DNA of 42,314 nucleotides from Methanobacteriota archaeon (GTDB taxonomy: Archaea; Hydrothermarchaeota; Hydrothermarchaeia; Hydrothermarchaeales; BMS3B), in the NCBI GenBank assembly GCA_013152685.1, contig JAADFX010000121.1, forward strand, positions 1 through 42,314. Reading direction: 5' to 3'. This document shows, in pieces, positions 9,174 through 18,096 of this stretch. Below the pieces are notes generated by a model. The model had not been told where the DNA came from. It searched no databases and was given only the letters and a program-made list of their open reading frames with translations. Numbering within the stretch: position 1 is the first letter of the stretch; every line of letters begins with the position of its first letter. The position numbers and the translations under genes were made by a program.

Positions 9174-9851
9174 ATGAGGAAACTCTTGCTGGTGCTCGGC
9201 CTGGTTGCAGTGGTCTTCCTAGTGATGCCCAGTGCCATGGCGAAGTTCACAGGGCAGCACAAGTTCGTCAACGGCAGCAGCGTGGACTGCGAGCGGTGCC
9301 ACACCACAATAAGCACGGAGCTCCACGCCGGAAATGCCCACAACTGGAGCCAGTCCACCATCGGAACCTCCCCGTGCAGAGTGTGCCACATCCCCAACAA
9401 TGCCAGGGCCAGCGACCCGTACTACAACCCCTATAGAAGCGGCACCGGTACCTACCACGCAGCGGCGATGGTTGAGTGTCTTTACTGCCACGGCATCAGG
9501 AACGGCACAACCACCGACAACGGCGGTCTCACGATACCTGCGGCAAATGTGACGGCGGAGTTTGAGAACAGCAACATTGAGGCACATAGACCGCTGTACT
9601 ACAGGGCAAAGAACGCTTCCGGTCTGGATACCTCCGACCACCTGCAGGGAGCAAACGAGGCTTGCATAGCCTGCCACACCTACGCTGCGAATGTGACGAT
9701 AATAGAGCCCACCCAGTACCTGAACATCACAGCGACGGCGACCAACTGCACTGGCTGGTATCCGGGATTCACTGGCACAGCCGACCCCAACTGCTACAAC
9801 GACGGCTACAGCTTCAACTGGAGCATAACAATTGAAATCAACAGGCCGTAA
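9174..9851 (+). CDS. Secreted tetraheme cytochrome c, putative ECN-type subunit 2 (paralog of 8485..9108)
   Basis: Strong RBS AGGAGGTGA; signal peptide ending AMA-KFTGQH; CERCH, CRVCH, CLYCH, CIACH; shares EAHRPL..RAKNASG and GANEACIACHT.AANVTIIEP.QYLNITA with the upstream paralog. Confidence 0.87.
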   Translation: MRKLLLVLGLVAVVFLVMPSAMAKFTGQHKFVNGSSVDCERCHTTISTELHAGNAHNWSQSTIGTSPCRVCHIPNNARASDPYYNPYRSGTGTYHAAAMVECLYCHGIRNGTTTDNGGLTIPAANVTAEFENSNIEAHRPLYYRAKNASGLDTSDHLQGANEACIACHTYAANVTIIEPTQYLNITATATNCTGWYPGFTGTADPNCYNDGYSFNWSITIEINRP

Positions 9852-9868
9852 AGCTTGAATCCTTACAC

Positions 9869-9893
9869 TTCCCTTTTTATTTTTATTTTTTTA
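9869..9893 (+). terminator. Archaeal oligo-T terminator after the tetraheme genes
   Basis: TTCCCTTTTTATTTTTATTTTTTTA about 20 nt after the TAA at 9851. Confidence 0.55.
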
Positions 9894-9976
9894 ATATTGA
9901 ATTCAAAAATTTTATATTTGAGAATTTTGCAAGTTATATTTAAAAATTTTTAAATGTTATTCTGCTCTCCTCGGGT

Positions 9977-10717
9977 ATGGACTTCATGCAGAAGATGCTG
10001 GTATTCTACTTCCTGGTTATTCTGGTTATAGTTTACTTTATCAGCGGTGTGAGGATTCCCCTTACAAGGCTTCTTCTGCGCTTTGGTCCCATGAGGGAGA
10101 GGCTGGAGAGAAGCATCAGGGAGAGGAAGGTTGCCACGCGCATGCGCCAGATGGTCTTTCCCTACAGACCAAAGACCCTCTCCGAAATCCTGCTGATCTC
10201 AATTCTGTACCTCTTCCTGGGGTATCTGATTCTCTCGAAGTTCTTCTTCTTTGCGGTGGTTGTCAGCGACAGCATGCGTCCTACCTTTGAGAAGGGCGAT
10301 CTGGTGCTAATTCAGACCCTCTCCAGGGAACCTGAGGTGGGTGACATCATCCTGTTCTCCGGATTTATAGAGCTTGACCAAGAGAGGAGGGAGTTTGTGA
10401 TTCACAGGGTGTACGCGATAACTGGGGACGGCATGGTGAAGACGCGGGGGGATGCCATGACCGCCCCCGACCCCTGGGAGGTTCCGCCCGAGAAGATTGT
10501 GGGCAAGGCGGTCACCCTCTTCGGGCATCCGGTGGTTATAAAGAAGGTCGGCGAGAGCCTCATACTGGAGCCCGGGAAGGCGATAACCAACCCCCTGGTT
10601 ATCCAGTACATAATCGGCACGGCGCGGAAGATGGGGATGGTGATATTCCTGCTGGTGATTCTGATGTATGTGCTCCTGGAGTTCAGGGAGTACAGGGTGA
10701 GGAAGGCCCTGAGGTAG
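9977..10717 (+). CDS. Signal peptidase I, S26B (Sec11/SipW-type)
   Basis: Catalytic Ser box VVSDSMRPTF, GDLV, GDII, His box VIHRV and KTRGD...D; two N-terminal TMs and one C-terminal TM. Confidence 0.9.
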   Translation: MDFMQKMLVFYFLVILVIVYFISGVRIPLTRLLLRFGPMRERLERSIRERKVATRMRQMVFPYRPKTLSEILLISILYLFLGYLILSKFFFFAVVVSDSMRPTFEKGDLVLIQTLSREPEVGDIILFSGFIELDQERREFVIHRVYAITGDGMVKTRGDAMTAPDPWEVPPEKIVGKAVTLFGHPVVIKKVGESLILEPGKAITNPLVIQYIIGTARKMGMVIFLLVILMYVLLEFREYRVRKALR

Positions 10718-10806
10718 GATTTTTATCAATAATAGTTGACCGGCAATAAAATGTTATTTAAAGACAATAAAAAAAATATTTATATACGTTAGTCCGTAAA
10801 CTATTG

Positions 10807-11943
10807 GTGATAAGAATGAACGCATACAATGTTGAGCTGAGTGAGAGGCTCGCTCTGTACTCCTCCTATCTCGTACCAGTTGGAATAATCTTCCTCTCAC
10901 TTGTATCAATTTTCAACGACACCTTTATAAACCCCGACATGCGCGCCCTGGTGCTCGATCTCATCTTCCTCCTGCTGGGTGCCCTGCTTCTCAGCGGTGC
11001 CCACCGGGTTAACGCCAAGTTCAGGCGCAACATCGTGGCGGACAGGGAGTTCAGGTACCTCCTCCTGGAGAAGTTTGAGCCCTTTCTGAAGGAGCTCAGC
11101 AGGTACCAGGTCGCCATTGATGAGCTCTCCGAGAAGGTCGATGCCCTCAGCAGGAGGGTGTCCTACATCTCGAAGGAGAAGGCGGCGCCCCCCGCCTACG
11201 CACCGCCGGTAGCCCTCGCTCCCAACATGACCTTCCTCATCAGGTCTCTAAACATGTCAATAATCACCCTGGGCGCAATAATATTCCTCTACATAAAGCT
11301 GTCCCCCAACAGCATCTACGTAATCCTCATCCTGGTGTTCCTCTGGTGGTATCTGATTACCGATGAGTACGACCTTTTCAGCGACATATCTGCGTATATC
11401 TTCATAATTTTCCCGATACTCGTTATTCCGATAACGAGTTTGATACTTCTCGCCTACTTTGACCTGCAGACGCTGCACCTCTTCCTGTTTATCGCCCTCA
11501 TCCTGTATGTGGTGGGCTACTACACAATTGCCACCTACTACGCCACCGGCAGGATACCCTTCATAGAGAAGCCCCTGGAGACCTATAGAGATGGGGGCAG
11601 CGGGGAGAAGCTGAGGAATGGTGGCACCCGCTCACCCCGCGATGCGGAGGTTGAGGCGGTAAAGGAGGTCCTGGACAGAATCCTGGGCAGCAGGAAGCCG
11701 CCCTACCACCGCAATGGTGGCACCCATGCCGGAGGAGAATATCAGCGCAACGGTGGCAGGTTTGTCGGCGATGGCGAGAGCATAACCATAACGCTGGACA
11801 GGGACACCCTTGCGGAGGTCATCGCCCTCTACCTGGCGATGCAGGGCGTGCGCAGGAGGCCGAGGCTTTTCGATTCCTCGAGGCCACCTTTTTCCCGGAG
11901 CTTCCTGTATGCGCTGTATGAAAAACTCAAAAAATTCAGATAG
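10807..11943 (+). CDS. Polytopic membrane protein with coiled-coil insert, function unknown
   Basis: About 6 hydrophobic segments, heptad stretch YQVAIDELSEKVDALSRRV, and a C-terminal tail with RNGG repeats. The start could be 10804, 10807 or 10816. Confidence 0.75.
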   Translation: MIRMNAYNVELSERLALYSSYLVPVGIIFLSLVSIFNDTFINPDMRALVLDLIFLLLGALLLSGAHRVNAKFRRNIVADREFRYLLLEKFEPFLKELSRYQVAIDELSEKVDALSRRVSYISKEKAAPPAYAPPVALAPNMTFLIRSLNMSIITLGAIIFLYIKLSPNSIYVILILVFLWWYLITDEYDLFSDISAYIFIIFPILVIPITSLILLAYFDLQTLHLFLFIALILYVVGYYTIATYYATGRIPFIEKPLETYRDGGSGEKLRNGGTRSPRDAEVEAVKEVLDRILGSRKPPYHRNGGTHAGGEYQRNGGRFVGDGESITITLDRDTLAEVIALYLAMQGVRRRPRLFDSSRPPFSRSFLYALYEKLKKFR

Positions 11944-11951
11944 GCGATTGC

Positions 11952-12632
11952 ATGAGGGTAGTTGTGGCACTCGCACTGCTAGTGTTTACTATGGTAATAT
12001 CCTCCCAGGTGTACTCCCAGGAGGAGTACACAAAGATAGAGGGCCTTGACCCGCTGGTCAGGAACTTCGGCGGCATGGGCCACAGCGGGAGCAAGTGCAT
12101 ATACTGCCACGCCTTCCTGATGCCCGACAGGGAGTACGAGGAGAAGTTCCTGCAGGCGGGCTGCAGGTGCCATCAGAGTGATGTGGCCAATGGCTATGAT
12201 GTGCGGATGAACGACATCCGCGAGAAGCACTCCTCCAACCACTGCAAGCTCTGCCATGCGGGCACCAAGAATGTGACCTACCAGCTCTACCATCAGAAGG
12301 TGCACAGGGCGGTGCCCTGCGTAAAGTGCCACAAAATTCAAAATGTGACCGACTTCAGCGTAACCAAGCCCAAGAGCATGGAGTGCAAGACCTGCCACAG
12401 GTACGACATCCACTACACCCACTCCAATGTCCTGGGAAATGTGTGCAAGATGTGCCACGGCACCGGCTTCGCATCCCGGTATACGAAGGAGGACCTGGAG
12501 AGGCTCAACCTGGAGGAAGAGGTGATCAACAGGACGATTAGAGAGAAGCAGCCGCCTAAAAAGGAGGTGAAAGAGGTTGGATTCATTACCATCTCGAAGA
12601 TCCTTGCTTTTATCATTGATATTATTTTCTAG
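11952..12632 (+). CDS. Membrane-anchored multiheme cytochrome c (5 CxxCH + 1 CxCH)
   Basis: Signal peptide; CIYCH, CKLCH, CVKCH, CKTCH, CKMCH plus GCRCH; C-terminal hydrophobic helix ITISKILAFIIDIIF. Confidence 0.88.
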   Translation: MRVVVALALLVFTMVISSQVYSQEEYTKIEGLDPLVRNFGGMGHSGSKCIYCHAFLMPDREYEEKFLQAGCRCHQSDVANGYDVRMNDIREKHSSNHCKLCHAGTKNVTYQLYHQKVHRAVPCVKCHKIQNVTDFSVTKPKSMECKTCHRYDIHYTHSNVLGNVCKMCHGTGFASRYTKEDLERLNLEEEVINRTIREKQPPKKEVKEVGFITISKILAFIIDIIF

Positions 12633-13026
12633 CATCATCGCCGCAGGATGCCTGAAGCTGCAGCCAAAGAAGATAAACGGCATTGAGTTCTCAGTCCAGG
12701 TTGAAAACAACCGGATAGTTCCGGATTCTGTGGAGGTCAGGCTGACTCCTGTGGACCTCACGGAGTACAGGGTGCCGGGCGTTGACTACCCACCCTTCCT
12801 GGCCTTCAGGGGGTACATTGTGCCAAAGGAGAACAGGAGCATAACCCACTCCACCTACTGGGGCCTGGTGCAGTACAGGGGCTCCGGGAGGTACAGGGTG
12901 GTGCTCATAACAGAGAACGGCTACAGCCCCAAGAAGGGGGACGAGGTGAGGTACTACATAACCCTGAGGAGCAGGGATGTGAGGTGGTCCTCCTCCTTCG
13001 TTAGCGGTTCGCGGGTGCTGGAGTGA
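12577..13026 (+). CDS. Small lipoprotein, possibly Tat-exported
   Basis: TTG start 6 nt after a perfect RBS AGGAGGTGA (12562-12570); SRRSLL twin-Arg-like motif; hydrophobic core and lipobox IAAGC; beta-rich body. Confidence 0.75.
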   Translation: MDSLPSRRSLLLSLILFSSIIAAGCLKLQPKKINGIEFSVQVENNRIVPDSVEVRLTPVDLTEYRVPGVDYPPFLAFRGYIVPKENRSITHSTYWGLVQYRGSGRYRVVLITENGYSPKKGDEVRYYITLRSRDVRWSSSFVSGSRVLE

Positions 13027-13030
13027 TTCC

Positions 13031-14695
13031 ATGAGAGCCGATGTGGTGTTCGCCGCAGCAGTTATGTTCCTGCTCACCCTCCCGGTGGTCTTCTCCGCCG
13101 GCGAAGCCGTGATAGTCTCCGAGGTCGAGGGGCTGGGCGAGTACACTGAGGTGGAGAACCCCGTTTACATGCCCGGGGAGACGGTGAAGCTCTACATTGA
13201 GGCGGAGGACGTAAACCACGCGGGCTTTGTTGCTGTGAACTTCTACATTGTGATCTACAACAGCCGGTTTGAGATAAAGGATGTGCTCCCCTACACCGTA
13301 AGGTACAGGCGCTACCTGAGGGATGTGTACATAACCCCCGAGTTCAAAATTCCGGAGCACTGGGAGGAGGGAAAGTACTACATAAAAATCCACGCCTTCG
13401 ATGTGGCCGATGAGGATAAAGTCAGGAGGATGTACGCGCGGGCTCTGGACTGGTTCAATCCCGACTACGGTGCTGCCAAGTCCTTTACCGACCAGCCGGA
13501 GGGCGTCAACGTCGGGGGCTACTCCGGGTATCTGAAGAGCGAGAGCTCCGCCAGGGCAATTCTGACCAGGACGCTTAGCTTCACAGTGGTCAAGAGGAAG
13601 CAGGTGGTGGAGGAGGGGGCGCCGGAGAGGGAGATAGAGTACTACCCGGTGAACATCACCTACCACCTGGACTCCCAGCGGCTGAGCGCCCCGAAGTTTA
13701 TCTCCCAGAAGCCCTTCACCTTCAACTTTACCCTCTCCAGGGGCATCCACGGCGGCGTCGTTGCCCTGGACTACTTCTTCCTGATAACCAACAGGGATAA
13801 TGAGCCCATCTACTACTCCATGTCCCGGGAGAGGTACATAAAGTACCCGGGCAACTCCATCTCCCACACCTTCTCCTACCAGCTGCCCGAGGGAGAGTAC
13901 TACCTGCTGGTGAAGATCTACGACAGGGCCAATCCAGAGCCCCTCCGGAGCTTCATCCGCAGCCTCAGCGGCTATGCCGAGGAGTACGACATCAGGAAGA
14001 TTGACGCCTACCGGCGCATAAAGGAGGGCAGGGATGTGGACGATGTGCCCTACTCCACCCTGGGGATCCTGAAGCCCTCAACAGAAGAGAACCTGGTTTA
14101 CTTTGCCAAGATACCCTTCGAGGTGGTGACTGAGCTCAGGAAGGAGCGCCTCACAGTTCCGGTCATAAGGTACCTCTCCCTGGAGCCCAGCGAATTCATT
14201 ATAAACATCTCACAGCCCTTCTCCGTGAAGGTCAGGTTCAAGAACATTGGCAAGGAGGGCACCGTGGACATACTCATGGACATAAGGGGCGAGAGGCGGG
14301 GCTATCGCCTGAGGCAGACGGTGTTCGCGGAGCCGGGTGTGGAGAAGACGGTGGTCTTCAACGTCACCCTGCCGCTTACCGAGGGTCCGTGGAAGATATC
14401 AATTGTGAACTCCACCCTAAGCGAGGTGGTGCTGGTCCAGAGGCCTGAGGTGATTGAAAAGTTCGAGGCAAACCTGACGGAAGAGGAGGAGCTCTTTGCC
14501 CCGGTGGAGGTGGAGAAGCCGAAGACTCCCCTGGTAATAATCCTGCTTCTGGTGGTCGCCCTGGTGGCCCTGATGCTCATCCTCAGGAGGAGGTACGGCG
14601 GCGAGGTGCCCCAGGAGTTCGCCCTGCCCATAAAGATAACCCTTCTGCTCCAGCTCGCCCTGCTGGCGCTCTACCTCCTGTACATGTATAAATAA
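13031..14695 (+). CDS. Secreted multi-beta-sandwich surface protein with C-terminal membrane anchor
   Basis: Signal peptide; duplicated Ig-like module (EEGKYYIKIHAFDVA / PEGEYYLLVKIYDRA); CARDB-like VKVRFKNIG segment; two C-terminal TMs. Confidence 0.75.
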   Translation: MRADVVFAAAVMFLLTLPVVFSAGEAVIVSEVEGLGEYTEVENPVYMPGETVKLYIEAEDVNHAGFVAVNFYIVIYNSRFEIKDVLPYTVRYRRYLRDVYITPEFKIPEHWEEGKYYIKIHAFDVADEDKVRRMYARALDWFNPDYGAAKSFTDQPEGVNVGGYSGYLKSESSARAILTRTLSFTVVKRKQVVEEGAPEREIEYYPVNITYHLDSQRLSAPKFISQKPFTFNFTLSRGIHGGVVALDYFFLITNRDNEPIYYSMSRERYIKYPGNSISHTFSYQLPEGEYYLLVKIYDRANPEPLRSFIRSLSGYAEEYDIRKIDAYRRIKEGRDVDDVPYSTLGILKPSTEENLVYFAKIPFEVVTELRKERLTVPVIRYLSLEPSEFIINISQPFSVKVRFKNIGKEGTVDILMDIRGERRGYRLRQTVFAEPGVEKTVVFNVTLPLTEGPWKISIVNSTLSEVVLVQRPEVIEKFEANLTEEEELFAPVEVEKPKTPLVIILLLVVALVALMLILRRRYGGEVPQEFALPIKITLLLQLALLALYLLYMYK

Positions 14696-14733
14696 AATTT
14701 AATGTTATTGTTAAAATTTTGAAATAAGGTGAA

Positions 14734-17700
14734 ATGCGGGCCTGCTCTGCGCTTTTGCTGATTCTCCTCCTGGTCGGGGTGGTTAGGGCGGATGTGATAC
14801 AGGTTACCAGCTCCTCCGGGTGCGTCGCCGCCAACGCCACCTTCTCTGACCCCGGGGAGGCTGTTTTAAACTCCGGCGCCAACGATACCATCATCCTCTG
14901 CCCGGGTGTCTATGAGCTGTCCTCCCTCACCATCGACAAGCCCCTGAAGATAGCCGGCCACCTGCGCGGCACCGCGGTGCTGAACCTCTCCACCCCCGGC
15001 TACAGCAACCGGATCAGCATTCTTGCCGACGGCGTCGAGCTCAGGAACCTGACAGTTGTCTCGGGCGGGGTGAATGTGTACGCCCTCTACATAAGGGGCA
15101 GAAACATAACCGTTGAGGATGTGGCGGTGGAGGATGGCTTCTGGTACGGCTTCTACATAGTCTCCTCCCGAAATGTGGTGCTCAAGAGGGTGAGGGTTCG
15201 CAACATGGCTGAGGCAGCCCTCGAGGTGCGCGACACCACCGGGCTGATTCTGGAGGACTCCACCCTGGTGAGGGAGAGCAGCACCTCCAGCCAGTACACC
15301 GGCAGGTACGTGGCGCTTTACAATGTCTCCGGCTCCACCATAAGGAACAACAGCATCTTCGGCGTCGTGAGGGACAGGAGTGACGGCTACGACTCGGGTT
15401 TTGCCATATACCTGAACTCCTCCTCGGGGAACACAGTGGCAGGCAACTTCGTGCGTAGGGTGTCCTACTGCATATTTTTTGACGACCCCTCCTCCGGCAA
15501 CATCTTTTACAACAACTACTTTGAGTGCGGCACACCTCCCTGCCGGGACAACCTGGGCGGTGTGAACCACTACAACACCAGCAGGAGAGCGGGCCTCAAC
15601 ATCGTGGGCGGCGGCACCCTGCAGGGCAACTACTGGGGCGGCCTGCTGCCCTACAGCGGTAGCGACCTGGACGGCGATGGCATCGGCGACACCCAGCTTC
15701 CCTACAACGCCACGAAGCCCCAGGACGGCGTCACCTACATCCTGGGGGGCGGCGACTGGGGGCCGCTGATAAAGCAGCGGGAGACCTCGCCGCCGGTGGT
15801 GGTGTCTGTGAACCTCCTCCCTGACCAGGAGGTCGCCACCTGCACCGACCTCAACCTGACTGTCACCTCCTACGCCGAGAGGATAGAGGCGTGCACCCTC
15901 GAGCTGGATGGCAGGCAGCTGCCGATGAACGTCTCCGGCGGGAGCTACATATACTACTGCAGCTACCGCCTCTGCCCTGCCGACTTCTCCGGGGGCTACC
16001 TCCCCTACAGGGTGACGGTCAGGGACTCGGCAAACAACACGGCGGATTCAGGCTACAGGGGCCTGCTTGTAAACGCCTCTCCGGCGCTCATTCTAATACA
16101 CTCCCCGCGGGATGGTGCCGCCTACAACGTGAGCACCCTGCCCCTGGAGGTGGGAGCCAGCGACGGAGTTTCCCAGTGGACTTACTCCCTGGATGGCGGG
16201 GCGAACACCAGCTTCACCCCCAACACCACCATCACCGCCGGGGAGGGCTCCCACCTGCTGGAGGTGTATGCGAGGGACTCCGCGGGTTACCTCATATACC
16301 GGAACTCCAGCTTCACCGTTGACCTGACGCCACCCTCCATAAGCCTCACCTCCCCACTGAACGGCTCCATCTACACCACCCGGAATGTCACCCTCAACGG
16401 CACCTCGACGGAGGAGGTCAGCTGGAGCTATGTGCTGAACGGGAGGTCGGGCTACCCCTCGGGATTGCCCGCCAGCCTGAGCGCCGATGAGGGGGCGAAC
16501 CGCCTGCTCGTCAGGGCTGTTGACAGGGCCGGGAATGCCGCCGTCGCAGAGGTCAGCTTTACGGTGGACACATCTCCGCCCACCGCAGCCTCCTCCGCCG
16601 GCAGCAGCGTCAGGGTGGACGTCAACTCCTCCTACAACCTCTCCTGGAGGCTTTACGACAACCTCGCCGGCGGCTACTACAGGCTGCTGCTCAACGGCAG
16701 CCCGCTGGTGGACTGGCGCCCCTGGAGCAACGCCACCGCCGTGGAGGCTGCCGTGGACACCTCACGGCTGGTGGAGTACGTCTACACCCTTGAGTTCAAC
16801 GACTCCGCAGGCTGGCTGGCGGTGAGCCGCGTTGTGGTGGATGTCATCGACCCCAGCCCCCCGGTGATAAACATCACCTCCCCTGCTGACGGTGCCCTTT
16901 ACAGCACAGCTCAACTTCTCATCAACGCCACCGCAGACAGGGCGGTTCACACCTGGCTGTGGAGCCTCAACGGGAGCCAGAATCAGAGCTTCACCCCGCC
17001 GGCCGTGGTAAACCTGACCTCCGACGGCACGTATGTGCTGGACATCTGGGCGAACTCCACCTCTGGGGCGATGGGACACGCGTCGGTGTCCTTCAGCGTG
17101 GACACCACCCCGCCGGCGGTGGTTATAGCATCTCCGGCGAATGCCACCTACGCGGACACAAGAGTCCCCCTGCGGGTGAGCGCCGGGGAGCGGGTATTAA
17201 ACTGGAGCTACCGGCTGAATGGCGGTCCGGAGGTGGGCTTCACGCCAAACACCACGATTGCCGCGGCGGCGGGACAGAACCACCTGGTGGTGTACGCGCT
17301 GGACAGCGCCGGCAACAGGGGCAGTGCGTCGGTCTACTTTACCGTCTCACCCCCCTCCCCGTCCCCCGGTGGCGGCGGAGGCGGGGGGGCGAAGCAGAGC
17401 ACCAGGAGGCTGCAGCTCGTCCTGAAGGATGCGGAGGCCGGCGGGTATACCAGGCTTGAGGTGGAGAGGTGGAACATATCGGAGGTGCTGGTGAAGCCAC
17501 GCCACACCGTATATTACGGGGAGCTGGTGCTGGAGCTTCTGGAAGCCCCTCCGGAGGCTGAGCTTGAGGGGGAGGTGTACCTGAGCTTCAGGCTTGTGAC
17601 CCGGCCGGGCATGCTGGAGGAAGCCAGGATACGCTTCGGCGTTGACGAGGTCTGGCTCAGGCGTCTGAACCTGTCCCCGGAGGACGTGGGAGCGCTTTAC

Positions 17701-18096
17701 CTTACGTCAGAGGGCTGGAAGGAGGTAGCTGTCAGGAGGGCGGGTGTGCTCAACGGGACCCTGCTGTACGAGCTTGTGCTTCACGAGCCCGGGCGGTATG
17801 CTGTGGTTGCCTCGCCGCCCATTGCTGGAGCCGACCGCCTCGTGGATGAGGAGAAGCCCGAGTGGAGGTTCATCCCTCCCGGCACCGGAGCCGCGGGCGG
17901 TGGAGCGGGGGAGGTGAAGGAGGAGCCCGGGGTTTCAGCTCCTTCGCCCCCATCACCCGCGCCGGAGAACGGCAGGTCTGCGGGGTCCCCGCAGGAGGAG
18001 AGGGGTGGAATATGCGGTCCCACCCTTCTGCTTCTAGTCTCCCTTGTCCCGCTGCTCGGCGCCAGGCTTCTGCGTCAGCCTCAGCCTGCCGAGTAG
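14734..18096 (+). CDS. Cell-surface glycoprotein: parallel beta-helix (CASH/NosD-like) + Ig-like repeats + PGF-pre-PGF-like domain + CGP-CTERM anchor
   Basis: Signal peptide; GNYWG...DLDGDGIGD NosD-type motif; repeated (V/T)D.(T/S)PP...I.SP.(N/D)G..Y Ig-like units; Pro/Gly linkers; C-terminal GGICGPTLLLLVSLVPLLGARLLR. Confidence 0.82.
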   Translation: MRACSALLLILLLVGVVRADVIQVTSSSGCVAANATFSDPGEAVLNSGANDTIILCPGVYELSSLTIDKPLKIAGHLRGTAVLNLSTPGYSNRISILADGVELRNLTVVSGGVNVYALYIRGRNITVEDVAVEDGFWYGFYIVSSRNVVLKRVRVRNMAEAALEVRDTTGLILEDSTLVRESSTSSQYTGRYVALYNVSGSTIRNNSIFGVVRDRSDGYDSGFAIYLNSSSGNTVAGNFVRRVSYCIFFDDPSSGNIFYNNYFECGTPPCRDNLGGVNHYNTSRRAGLNIVGGGTLQGNYWGGLLPYSGSDLDGDGIGDTQLPYNATKPQDGVTYILGGGDWGPLIKQRETSPPVVVSVNLLPDQEVATCTDLNLTVTSYAERIEACTLELDGRQLPMNVSGGSYIYYCSYRLCPADFSGGYLPYRVTVRDSANNTADSGYRGLLVNASPALILIHSPRDGAAYNVSTLPLEVGASDGVSQWTYSLDGGANTSFTPNTTITAGEGSHLLEVYARDSAGYLIYRNSSFTVDLTPPSISLTSPLNGSIYTTRNVTLNGTSTEEVSWSYVLNGRSGYPSGLPASLSADEGANRLLVRAVDRAGNAAVAEVSFTVDTSPPTAASSAGSSVRVDVNSSYNLSWRLYDNLAGGYYRLLLNGSPLVDWRPWSNATAVEAAVDTSRLVEYVYTLEFNDSAGWLAVSRVVVDVIDPSPPVINITSPADGALYSTAQLLINATADRAVHTWLWSLNGSQNQSFTPPAVVNLTSDGTYVLDIWANSTSGAMGHASVSFSVDTTPPAVVIASPANATYADTRVPLRVSAGERVLNWSYRLNGGPEVGFTPNTTIAAAAGQNHLVVYALDSAGNRGSASVYFTVSPPSPSPGGGGGGGAKQSTRRLQLVLKDAEAGGYTRLEVERWNISEVLVKPRHTVYYGELVLELLEAPPEAELEGEVYLSFRLVTRPGMLEEARIRFGVDEVWLRRLNLSPEDVGALYLTSEGWKEVAVRRAGVLNGTLLYELVLHEPGRYAVVASPPIAGADRLVDEEKPEWRFIPPGTGAAGGGAGEVKEEPGVSAPSPPSPAPENGRSAGSPQEERGGICGPTLLLLVSLVPLLGARLLRQPQPAE

